A stretch of DNA of 31,121 nt from a virus (taxonomy: Duplodnaviria; Caudoviricetes). Shown piece after piece: positions 1 through 7,838 of the stretch (within the stretch, counting starts at the first letter, position 1; each line of letters starts with the position of its first letter). A program made the translations under genes and the position numbers. Under the pieces are notes generated by a model. The model was not told where the DNA came from and searched no databases. It saw only the letters and a list, made by a program, of their open reading frames with translations. The stretch covers positions 1-31,121 of IMG/VR virus record IMGVR_UViG_3300012348_000118. One strand, 5' to 3'.

Positions 1-290
1 CTCGAGACCTTCTCGACCTCCGAAAGCAAACATTCGGCGGTGGACGCCTGGGCGCCATCGGTGTCACAGCGTCAGAGATCGCGACGGCTGGAAACAACCC
101 GACGAATGTCGGTGGTGTGGGAATCATTCCGCAGACGCTCATCCCTGCAAGCACAGACCTCGAGCGTTCAATGCGGAAGATGATGATTCAGGCTGGACGA
201 CAGAATCTGGTCACTGAGATGAGGAGAATCTAATGGCGACAAACTGGCCACTGTTGGTCGAAGTCGACTGTCCTGAGCCACGTCCTGACC
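1..290. repeat. Imperfect terminal direct repeat, left copy (partner 30835..31121)
   Basis: Colinear homology with a 3-nt indel and many mostly synonymous differences. The last 28 nt (263-290 = 31094-31121) are identical. The offset of 30831 gives the unit genome length. Confidence 0.92.
3..233 (+). CDS. 3' fragment of tape measure gene (diverged allele of the end of 29499..31064)
   Basis: Frame from nt 3 reads RDLLDLRKQTFGGGRLGAIGVTASEIATAGNNPTNVGGVGIIPQTLIPASTDLERSMRKMMIQAGRQNLVTEMRRI*. This aligns to the C-terminus of the 521-aa ORF, and its TAA overlaps the next ATG (TAATG) as at 31062-31066. Confidence 0.9.
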   Translation, partial: RDLLDLRKQTFGGGRLGAIGVTASEIATAGNNPTNVGGVGIIPQTLIPASTDLERSMRKMMIQAGRQNLVTEMRRI

Positions 291-2473
291 TAGGACGCGT
301 CTGTGTTGGTGCCGACGGAACTTCCTGGGACCGTGCCTACAGTACCGGCTGGTTCGACTCCGTAACAAACACGGTCATGCCTGCGCCATTGCCAGTCACT
401 GAAGGATGGTCGAGCAACTACTCCGGACTCTATGCTCGCATCCCTCGAAGCTCGTACACGCTCACTACAGGCAGTGTATGGAAGCAGATGGAGATAAACG
501 CGGCTGGTGATTATTACCTCACCGCAACGACACTCGGCACCGCAAACACCGAATGGGTGCGAACAACTTCGTCCTATGTCGCGAATCAAGGCTGGTATAT
601 TTCCGCCTATGTCCCTAACTGGGTTGATAAAAGCGCATTGCCATTCCTGCGAGTGCAGTGGGGCTATGGATCCGCATCGACCATCGAGCTGGTCTTCCGA
701 GGTGACGGAAGTTGCATCGTCTATAAGAATGGCATTCAGAAGGGCGTCTACGACCAAAGCGACACCAACCGAAATCCTGGTCGTAATGTAACGACATCGA
801 GTGCTGTGGGTCAGCGTCAGGTCAGTCTGATGATGCTACCCTTCAAGCGTCGTGAACTTCTCGTGACATCGACATTCGGTGCGAACTTCTCGCACACCTT
901 CGAGGACCTGAACGACACACCAGGAAATACAATTGTGCCTTCTGGAAGTTTCGCCTGGAAGGTTCCATATGGCAGACCGACTGTTCAGATTGCACCAGTG
1001 GCATACGAGACCACTGGAATCTTTTACAGCAAGCCGATCACGCTCCGGTACGCTCCTCCGACTGGCGCAACATTTGACGCGCAAATCTGGGGTGATGTAG
1101 TCGGAACATCCGCAGGGACCGTCACGACTGCCCTGGCGGTTGTTGATGGTGGTGGCTCACCGTATACGCCAGATGGCATTATTGACACGCTACGCGTCAA
1201 ACTGACAGTCACGACACCTAGTCCGTACACGCAGACATATGGCGTCGCAGCTGCTCTCGCGAGTAGTACACCAGACCCGACAGCCACATATGATGGTCCA
1301 GTAGACATCACGCAATACATTGACAACTTGACACTGTCGGTCGATGAGACATCAAAGACCACGCTCAAGATGTCGGCAAGGCGTCAGAAACTCCTCGATG
1401 CTGGAGTCGAACAACCGCAGATCACTGGCGACCGACCGATTCGCGTGGCAATCTCCAACAGCGCCACACCGACACCAACATACACGGATATCTTCCGAGG
1501 GACGCTCGCTCCTCCACAGATTCAGTATGAGCAGGGTGATACATCGCTCCACTTCTCGACGCTCCAGTTTGAAGGTATGGACCGCTCGCGAGACTTCGAG
1601 CTGTATTACTTCCAGGACGGAATCTTATACGATGGCTACACAGGAGAGGATGCCATCGGCGACATGATGTCCATGGCTGGATATCCTCCGGCCACATACC
1701 TCGAGTACAACGACGCAGTCGGCATCGAGATCTCGAGGAGTCCAGACATTGCCAGGGGATATAGCAACTTCGTTCCACAGCGTGGCGACACCATCGCCTC
1801 AATGCTAAATAAACTAAAGACCGACTACGCCGCGACATTCGTGACTGGCTGGAGTCCAACCGGCTCCGGTTACAAGTTTCAATGGTCGAATCCTAATGAC
1901 CTAACAACGACCAGTGTAATGACGTTGTATCAAAGCGTCGCAGCAGCAGCTGCTGGTGGCGTTGTGGATGCGCTCCAGAACAAGCGTGTGGTCAGGAAGA
2001 TGACCGCACATTACGAGTCTCCAGAGTGTAACCAGATCACTGTGATAGGTCAGGACCCGCGAACAGGTGACCTCATCTATTCGTATGAGTTCGACTCAGC
2101 CAGCCAGACAGCAGACACTGCTCCAGCAGACAGGCCATACAACTGGAGAGGCAGACCAGTACCGTACATTCTAAGTGATCCGAGCATTACTTCAAGTGCA
2201 GTCGCCTATCAGGCTATGACGGCACTCAAGGACCGCTTGATGACTGGTCGCATACTCATCGAGTGGGAGAGTGATTTCCTGATTTTGTCGGCGACGAATA
2301 GACCTCTATGGGTGCGTGATGTGGTGACCATCATGCAACCTGACGGCGTGACCATCAAGGGTGTCTACCGCATCATTGCAATCCCGACCATTGAGTTCGT
2401 GGTCGAGGCTGGTGTGAGACAGTTCCGCCGGGCTGTATACCGTGGCCAGTACCTGCATGATGGTGGCGAATAG
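233..2473 (+). CDS. Tail tip / hub-like structural protein (746 aa)
   Basis: Directly follows the tape measure gene on the circular map, with TAATG coupling. Long T/S/G/V-rich beta-type sequence. The call rests on synteny. Confidence 0.7.
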   Translation: MATNWPLLVEVDCPEPRPDLGRVCVGADGTSWDRAYSTGWFDSVTNTVMPAPLPVTEGWSSNYSGLYARIPRSSYTLTTGSVWKQMEINAAGDYYLTATTLGTANTEWVRTTSSYVANQGWYISAYVPNWVDKSALPFLRVQWGYGSASTIELVFRGDGSCIVYKNGIQKGVYDQSDTNRNPGRNVTTSSAVGQRQVSLMMLPFKRRELLVTSTFGANFSHTFEDLNDTPGNTIVPSGSFAWKVPYGRPTVQIAPVAYETTGIFYSKPITLRYAPPTGATFDAQIWGDVVGTSAGTVTTALAVVDGGGSPYTPDGIIDTLRVKLTVTTPSPYTQTYGVAAALASSTPDPTATYDGPVDITQYIDNLTLSVDETSKTTLKMSARRQKLLDAGVEQPQITGDRPIRVAISNSATPTPTYTDIFRGTLAPPQIQYEQGDTSLHFSTLQFEGMDRSRDFELYYFQDGILYDGYTGEDAIGDMMSMAGYPPATYLEYNDAVGIEISRSPDIARGYSNFVPQRGDTIASMLNKLKTDYAATFVTGWSPTGSGYKFQWSNPNDLTTTSVMTLYQSVAAAAAGGVVDALQNKRVVRKMTAHYESPECNQITVIGQDPRTGDLIYSYEFDSASQTADTAPADRPYNWRGRPVPYILSDPSITSSAVAYQAMTALKDRLMTGRILIEWESDFLILSATNRPLWVRDVVTIMQPDGVTIKGVYRIIAIPTIEFVVEAGVRQFRRAVYRGQYLHDGGE

Positions 2474-5406
2474 TGGCGTATCTAGACGGAACACGCTCAG
2501 CTACATCTGCATGTGATTTAAGTCTGAGCTACAACATTCTTGTGTATCCAAATGATTTGGTGCCATTTGTTGCACTGAAACTTGGCTATGTTGACGGCAC
2601 GATAGGAGGCATGTCAACTCACACAGGTGCATACAGCACATGGACATGGACATGGACAAGCACTCCACATGCTCCTAACTGGCAATGGTTTATTTATCTG
2701 ACAATGACATCAAATGATGGCTATGGTCATTCGACAACAGTTGTGAAAACTGTGGCCAGTGGCACTGAGAGTTTTGCTACTGAATGGGTTGATGTGGCAG
2801 CAACACTAACCGGATCATGGTCGTGTACAGTCGGCGCAGACAAACTGTGGGGAATCTCTGAGGCATCGTATTCAATCTCGACTGCGCCGACTGTCTTCCC
2901 TCCTTCCACGACATACGATTGGTATGAGTTGTCCAGATATGGAAGCACACCATCCTGCACATTGACAATAGGTGGCACTTCTTGCACGGCTACCGGATCA
3001 TATGCATCTGGTGCGCGCCATCGAATGACGTACATCTTTGGAGTGACATACGCTGGTATCTGCCAGGACGAAGCAACCGCATCCGCATCAGTTACAAATT
3101 ATGTAGTCAATGGATTGACGCCTTACGTCGCATCACAAACCCATACTTACCTAGGACAATCAACCACAAACTGGTCTGTCTCAATGAGTGCAGCGACACT
3201 TGACAACATCATTGTTGATTTAAGCACATATGCCAGATTGCCAGCGACGTGCAGTCTTATCGGTCGAACTCGAGCATGGTCTACATCTTATCCAGATAGT
3301 CTTACATGTCGGATTACTGGATTTGATAAAGAGACTACTGGATATCGGGACGTAAGTGGTACAGGTTCAATTTCTGCATCCGATACTTTTTATCTTTATT
3401 CGACTGTCAGCGATATCACAAAGAATAGTTCAAGTGATTCTAAAACAACTGCTTTAGATAGTGTGCCAGTCAGTGTGTCTGTTGCCATCACAAGTGCGTC
3501 ACTTACAGCTGTTGGCGAAGCATCAAGCGAGACCAGGTGCATGTTCCGTGGATTCCGCTTCAATGGCTGGTCACTCGCGTATGCCACGACACGAAGCATC
3601 GCAGGAACAGGTAACGACAGATCGTTCACGCCATACGAAGGCATGTCTGGATATCGCTACCTTGACATCCAAATCAAGGCGCAAAGCGGAACAGGTGTGG
3701 CTGGAACCTTCGTGATTACCGACTATCATGGCAACACGAAAACATGGAACATTACAGCTGCGACAACGTCATACCAGACAGTGACCATCGACCTGTGCAG
3801 TCCTGATGCATGGTCGGTCTCAGCACTTCCTCTCACAGATGGCAAAGACAATCCATACCCGCGCAAGAATACCGCCAGCACGTCCTACGCTGGCTCAGAG
3901 AGCGTCGATTCGGCATATTGGGGTGTTACCTCATGCCAGCGCCTTCGCATCGCTACAGGGGCGATTGACCTCGGCACAACAACACTCAAGCAGGACACGA
4001 CCAACGGCTTCACGAACTCTCACTATGTGCCGAGTGGTCTCGGTTACGAACACGAGCGCATCACACCTGCCATCGTGGCCGAAGTAGACACGACGACTTA
4101 TTACTATTCGCGACGGTTTTGGCAACAAGCAAACGACGGAAGACACGAAGAGGAATCAGACTACTGGTGGCAAAAGACTGTCGGTGGCGCAACCGGTGTC
4201 ACGACGTACAGTGTCACTCCGCTCTCGATCAGCGACCTCGCAGGTCAAGTCAATGCGTCGGATGCGAGCATCGTTCGACATCCTGGCTGGACTGCCACGA
4301 ACAGTGTGGCGTATCCGGGCAGTGGTACCTGTAGCGTCTCACAGCCTCCTTTGCGGGATTGTTTCCTGAATGGTGGCACTGGTATCAGTACATGGCTTTA
4401 TGGAGGCGGAATCCTCGCAACGCCGAACGCGTCATCAGGAACCGATTTCGCGTATGGCTTCGAGATTGCGACAGGCACCATCACAGCACAGACACTGTTT
4501 GACTCAATAAACGGCGATTTTCCTCCTGATCTGTATGACCCGTTTGATGTCAATGGTGGCACTGACTCGGCACTCTATCTGCCATTCGGTGCCATCCTTC
4601 GAGGACCAGCACACGGTATCGTCCTGGACACAGCAGGAGACCCGGCGACCAGCGGAACCGTAACACTTCAACTCTCCAGCGACTCATCTTCACGAGGAAC
4701 CGATTCGAGCTTTGATGCGCTGGGAAATTATCAGACTGGCTCACCGTTTGGACTCGGCAAGGCGAATCATTCAATCCTCATCGGCGCATCAAGTGTCGGT
4801 GTCAATCCGATGTATTCTGCGAAGCGACAACGAGCTGTGTTTCGCGAGGAAAACCTTCAAGGAAACTGCACAGCCGCCGACGTATCACCAGCGCAACAGG
4901 CGACATATGGTGTCATCACTGCAAGTGGTGGCGTGAAGCTGTATCACGCCAGGGCGCACAACGGCACGAACTGGGATGAGGTCACGACGCCGATCACGAA
5001 CGCTGAATGTCTGTCGCTGGCTTATCAGAAGAACAGCGGCTCGATGGCGCTCATCATCATCGTGGACGACACAGGCGGGACCATCAAGCGGTACACAACC
5101 GAGGACGAAGGGAACACAGTCAGCGTGGCAACAACAATCGGAACCGGCACACATGGCACTGTCTGCGTGTCGCCAAACGGAATGGAATACATCTTTTTCC
5201 GCACATCGTCGAGCAACATTGACCGAGTCAAGCGTGACCCGATGGGTAACGTTATTACAGCTGCTTCTACCGTCGTGACAGGCAATGTCAGCGACGATGA
5301 GATTGCCTGCTATTGGCGCCTGGGAGTGGTCTACATCATATACACACACACGACGAATGGCATCACTATCGTATCCAGTAGTGATGATGCAGAGACATTC
5401 TCCTGA
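2473..5406 (+). CDS. Large tail / receptor-binding-like structural protein (977 aa)
   Basis: GTG start overlaps the upstream TAG. T/S/G-rich; the C-terminus has Asp-box-like motifs (TTEDEGNT, SSDDAETFS) suggesting a beta-propeller. Last gene of the tail module. Confidence 0.65.
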   Translation: MAYLDGTRSATSACDLSLSYNILVYPNDLVPFVALKLGYVDGTIGGMSTHTGAYSTWTWTWTSTPHAPNWQWFIYLTMTSNDGYGHSTTVVKTVASGTESFATEWVDVAATLTGSWSCTVGADKLWGISEASYSISTAPTVFPPSTTYDWYELSRYGSTPSCTLTIGGTSCTATGSYASGARHRMTYIFGVTYAGICQDEATASASVTNYVVNGLTPYVASQTHTYLGQSTTNWSVSMSAATLDNIIVDLSTYARLPATCSLIGRTRAWSTSYPDSLTCRITGFDKETTGYRDVSGTGSISASDTFYLYSTVSDITKNSSSDSKTTALDSVPVSVSVAITSASLTAVGEASSETRCMFRGFRFNGWSLAYATTRSIAGTGNDRSFTPYEGMSGYRYLDIQIKAQSGTGVAGTFVITDYHGNTKTWNITAATTSYQTVTIDLCSPDAWSVSALPLTDGKDNPYPRKNTASTSYAGSESVDSAYWGVTSCQRLRIATGAIDLGTTTLKQDTTNGFTNSHYVPSGLGYEHERITPAIVAEVDTTTYYYSRRFWQQANDGRHEEESDYWWQKTVGGATGVTTYSVTPLSISDLAGQVNASDASIVRHPGWTATNSVAYPGSGTCSVSQPPLRDCFLNGGTGISTWLYGGGILATPNASSGTDFAYGFEIATGTITAQTLFDSINGDFPPDLYDPFDVNGGTDSALYLPFGAILRGPAHGIVLDTAGDPATSGTVTLQLSSDSSSRGTDSSFDALGNYQTGSPFGLGKANHSILIGASSVGVNPMYSAKRQRAVFREENLQGNCTAADVSPAQQATYGVITASGGVKLYHARAHNGTNWDEVTTPITNAECLSLAYQKNSGSMALIIIVDDTGGTIKRYTTEDEGNTVSVATTIGTGTHGTVCVSPNGMEYIFFRTSSSNIDRVKRDPMGNVITAASTVVTGNVSDDEIACYWRLGVVYIIYTHTTNGITIVSSSDDAETFS

Positions 5407-5480
5407 ACTTGTAAGGATTTCTTACAAGTTGGTCATGTAACAAGGATTCCTTGTGAGTTGTAAAGGATTGCTTTACTACT
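5406..5480. repeat. Three tandem palindromes with shared core AAG-GATTN-CTT
   Basis: AACTTGTAAG-GATTT-CTTACAAGTT (5406-5430, perfect 10-bp arms); ACAAG-GATTC-CTTGT (5440-5454); AGTTGTAAAG-GATTG-CTTTACTACT (5456-5480, 9/10 paired). Confidence 0.9.
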
Positions 5481-5481
5481 G

Positions 5482-5519
5482 AAAATAAAACACCTCCGGT
5501 GAAGGGGAACCGGAGGTGT
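5482..5519 (-). terminator. Intrinsic terminator, U-tract on minus strand
   Basis: CACCTCCGGT-GAAGGGGA-ACCGGAGGTG perfect 10-bp stem preceded on the plus strand by AAAATAAAA. Confidence 0.7.
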
Positions 5520-5561
5520 GAGGATTAGGACGAACCTATTTGGACGGAGGGAGTATACACC

Positions 5562-6119
5562 ATGAGTGACACAGCACCATCAAGACGAATCGCACTGCTA
5601 TCAACTGATCTGGCTGTCGCGAACGTCGGCGTCCAGGAAGTCGGTGAAAATCGAGGTAAAGCAGTCGAGGCATATCAGGCATCCTGCAAACCTGTGATTC
5701 CTCCTGGCTCACCGTGGTGCGCTGCACATGTACGCTTCCGCCACAAGCAAGCGGCCACACAGCTCGGCATCACATACGATGAAACTTATCCTCGATCTGG
5801 ATATTGTCCAGACTGGTCACGCTGGCATAAGAGCGAAGGACTGTGGCTACCTGTCCAGCACATCATCGATGGCACAACGACCAAGCGTCCACGGCGTGGT
5901 GATGTGGCGCTGTTCTACTTCCATGCACTCTCGCGTATCGCACACATCGGCATTGTCACAAAAGTCGAGGAGTGGGGCGTCTACACCGTCGAAGGCAACA
6001 CCAGCCCAGAACCTTCGGATGAACTCTCCGTCGAGCGTGACGGTGATGGCCTGTATCTGAAGAAACGAAACTGGCGCGAGCTCGGGAAGTTCGGTGGCTT
6101 CGGCTTCGTAAACTTCTGA
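5562..6119 (+). CDS. CHAP-domain endolysin (peptidoglycan amidase/peptidase)
   Basis: Motifs PWCAAHV (catalytic Cys), P.RGDVALF, HIGIV (catalytic His) and TVEGNT. Shine-Dalgarno GGAGG upstream. Confidence 0.88.
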   Translation: MSDTAPSRRIALLSTDLAVANVGVQEVGENRGKAVEAYQASCKPVIPPGSPWCAAHVRFRHKQAATQLGITYDETYPRSGYCPDWSRWHKSEGLWLPVQHIIDGTTTKRPRRGDVALFYFHALSRIAHIGIVTKVEEWGVYTVEGNTSPEPSDELSVERDGDGLYLKKRNWRELGKFGGFGFVNF

Positions 6120-6143
6120 ACACTTTCCAAAATGGAAACAGTT
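6119..6143. repeat. 25-bp imperfect palindrome at endolysin stop codon
   Basis: AACACTTTCC-AAAAT-GGAAACAGTT, 8/10 arm pairs. Same AAC...GTT 10-5-10 layout as 5406-5430. Confidence 0.75.
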
Positions 6144-6159
6144 GATACGATGTAGCGCT

Positions 6160-6244
6160 GGATGGTTGGCTGAGTGGTTTAAAGCGCATTCCTGCTAAGA
6201 ATGTATGCGACATCGCATCCAGGGTTCAAATCCCTGACCATCCT
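6160..6244 (+). tRNA. tRNA-Ser (anticodon GCT), no encoded CCA
   Basis: Acceptor GGATGGT/ACCATCC; D-arm GCT-GAGTGGTTTAA-AGC; anticodon arm CATTC-CTGCTAA-GAATG; long variable arm ATGCGA/TCGCAT; T-arm CAGGG-TTCAAAT-CCCTG. Confidence 0.93.
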
Positions 6245-6248
6245 TATA

Positions 6249-6322
6249 AACCAAAAACCATCTGTGTACATGGGCTTCGTCCGGTAACCCGGGGCCATGC
6301 GACAGATGGTTTCTGTTTGGTT
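6249..6322. terminator. Long hairpin between convergent units (bidirectional terminator or 3' end of a structured RNA)
   Basis: AAACCATCTGT (6255-6265) pairs with ACAGATGGTTT (6302-6312), with inner CATGG/CCATG pairing. T-rich tails on both strands. Confidence 0.65.
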
Positions 6323-6372
6323 GGTTGTTCGGTATTCACCAGCCTGGGAGGACTGGCAAATCCTTTATACAT

Positions 6373-6594
6373 TTACCGCCAGACATGCACCACTTTTTGG
6401 TCATGTGCTGGATTTTCTTCGATGCGGAAACTCACGACGCCATCGAGCGCAGGGTGAATGAAGATGACTGCATCCTCCGCATTCAAGCGTTCCAAAATCT
6501 CATGCTCACTGGCCTTCAGAAGCCACAGGAGTCCTTCCTGCTTTTCCTCTACTCGCTCGATTGTTGGTTTATTCTCAGCTGGTTTTCTCGCCAT
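6373..6594 (-). CDS. Hypothetical protein (73 aa)
   Basis: ATG start, charged protein-like composition, last gene of the leftward operon, overlaps the 3' end of the HNH gene. Confidence 0.6.
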   Translation of the reverse strand: MARKPAENKPTIERVEEKQEGLLWLLKASEHEILERLNAEDAVIFIHPALDGVVSFRIEENPAHDQKVVHVWR

Positions 6595-7211
6595 ATTTGT
6601 TCCCGTTCTCTTTCCATGTCATGGTCAATGTGATGATTTTTGTGACACTCGGCGCAGTATGTTATGAGATCTGTCATTTGTTCTGCACCATGACGTACAT
6701 AGGTATTATGGTGACAATGTAATAGATCAGTCGCACCACACGACTGACATGTATGGTTGTCACGTTCAAACACAGCTGCTCTAAGCTTCATCCACCGTGC
6801 TGTTTTGAGATACCTGGAATGGTAAATCCTCTTTTGTTCGTTCAGTTTATAAGGATATTCCGCACGTAACCGATAGTATTCCTCACGTAAATACTCACGG
6901 TTTCGGAAGTAGTCATTATCTGGGTCATACCGAACCTGAGCGTAGATGTGTCCATCATCTGATGCGCGATCGCCATTTAGAATCTTCAGAGCGTCGAGTT
7001 TCTTAATGGGCTTGACCATGTGTCCACAACGTAAACATCGCATTCGATAATGGTCTCTTCCAAGAGAATCTATCTTTTGAGTCATGACAGTAGACTCGTG
7101 GAGGCATTCTTCAAATGTTGGATACTTTGGTTTGTGTACTTCTTCCCACTCTGTGATGTAGTCATCCCACGAAGGAAGGTCTCCATCTGGCATCATGTCA
7201 GATAGTTTCAA
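6549..7211 (-). CDS. HNH endonuclease with N-terminal extension (220 aa)
   Basis: RW..LR..VFERD..TCQSCG...LHCHHNTY...LITYCAECHKNHH, plus an extra CLRCGH upstream. The start overlaps the thyX stop. Confidence 0.85.
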   Translation of the reverse strand: MKLSDMMPDGDLPSWDDYITEWEEVHKPKYPTFEECLHESTVMTQKIDSLGRDHYRMRCLRCGHMVKPIKKLDALKILNGDRASDDGHIYAQVRYDPDNDYFRNREYLREEYYRLRAEYPYKLNEQKRIYHSRYLKTARWMKLRAAVFERDNHTCQSCGATDLLHCHHNTYVRHGAEQMTDLITYCAECHKNHHIDHDMEREREQIWRENQLRINQQSSE

Positions 7212-7837
7212 CCGAGCGCCTCCATCGTTATTGGCAGATGTTCCAGCATGATGTTCTGGATGCTTTGCGCGATGTCACGATGCTCGAGCTGCGTGTCCTG
7301 GCGCGTTCGCAACTGGACATAGTGAATCCATGAGCGAATGCTTCCGCTCATGTACATCGTGGTCGGAGTACAAAGCGGTAGGACCATGCGAGCAGTCTCC
7401 GCAGCCATGCCATTCTTCACGAGATCTCGATACACGTCGGTCGCGAACTCGACGGTGCTATTGACCAAATACAGCGCGTCTTGCTGTTCTTTGGTCAGTT
7501 CCTCGATGGCAGGTAGTGGCAGGCTTGATTGGCGATTGTAGGAGCCTGCGAGGCGCATCTCAGGAACATCGATGTCCTCGACCACTGTCGCGTATCGTTG
7601 GGAGAACTCCTGAAACGAGAAGGACCGATGTCGAAGAATCTGAGCTGCAATCGCTCTCGTGGTTTTTATCTCGACACACATGCTGGCCATTTCAAATATT
7701 GACCAGTGTCCATGACCGACACAATACCGAAGTAACCTCGTAACGTCAGGATTGTCCTGGTTTCCCGGGTTTGAGACTCGAGCGCAATACCCGATGACCT
7801 TTTCGGTATCAGGTGTTATCCATACAAGCTTTGTCAT
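7208..7837 (-). CDS. thyX: FAD-dependent thymidylate synthase
   Basis: ThyX signature RHRSFSFQEFSQRY, plus GHWSIFE, ETARMVLP and TQLEHR. Start placed at MTKLVW (7837). Confidence 0.96.
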   Translation of the reverse strand: MTKLVWITPDTEKVIGYCARVSNPGNQDNPDVTRLLRYCVGHGHWSIFEMASMCVEIKTTRAIAAQILRHRSFSFQEFSQRYATVVEDIDVPEMRLAGSYNRQSSLPLPAIEELTKEQQDALYLVNSTVEFATDVYRDLVKNGMAAETARMVLPLCTPTTMYMSGSIRSWIHYVQLRTRQDTQLEHRDIAQSIQNIMLEHLPITMEALG

Positions 7838-7838
7838 C

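Noticed and set aside
290-5349. Many antisense and alternate-frame ORFs within the tail genes (likewise in terminase, portal and capsid)
   Set aside because: Shadow ORFs of long real genes, with no motifs or translation signals.
5406-5430. Xer dif site
   Set aside because: The geometry is 10-5-10 rather than 11-6-11, and there is no TTATGTTAAAT-like XerD arm.
5406-5480. CRISPR mini-array
   Set aside because: The units are not identical repeats, abut or overlap without spacers, and no cas genes are present.
6192-6198. Amber suppressor (CTA) anticodon
   Set aside because: The 7-nt loop CTGCTAA centres on GCT. TAG also acts as a normal stop in several genes, so there is no sign of recoding.
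6160-6244. tRNA as attachment site of an integrated prophage
   Set aside because: No integrase, no duplicated tRNA 3' end and no host genes in the window.
6727-6747. TCAGTCG-N7-CGACTGA inverted repeat in the HNH gene
   Set aside because: Seven-bp arms are expected by chance, and it overlaps constrained CxxCG codons.
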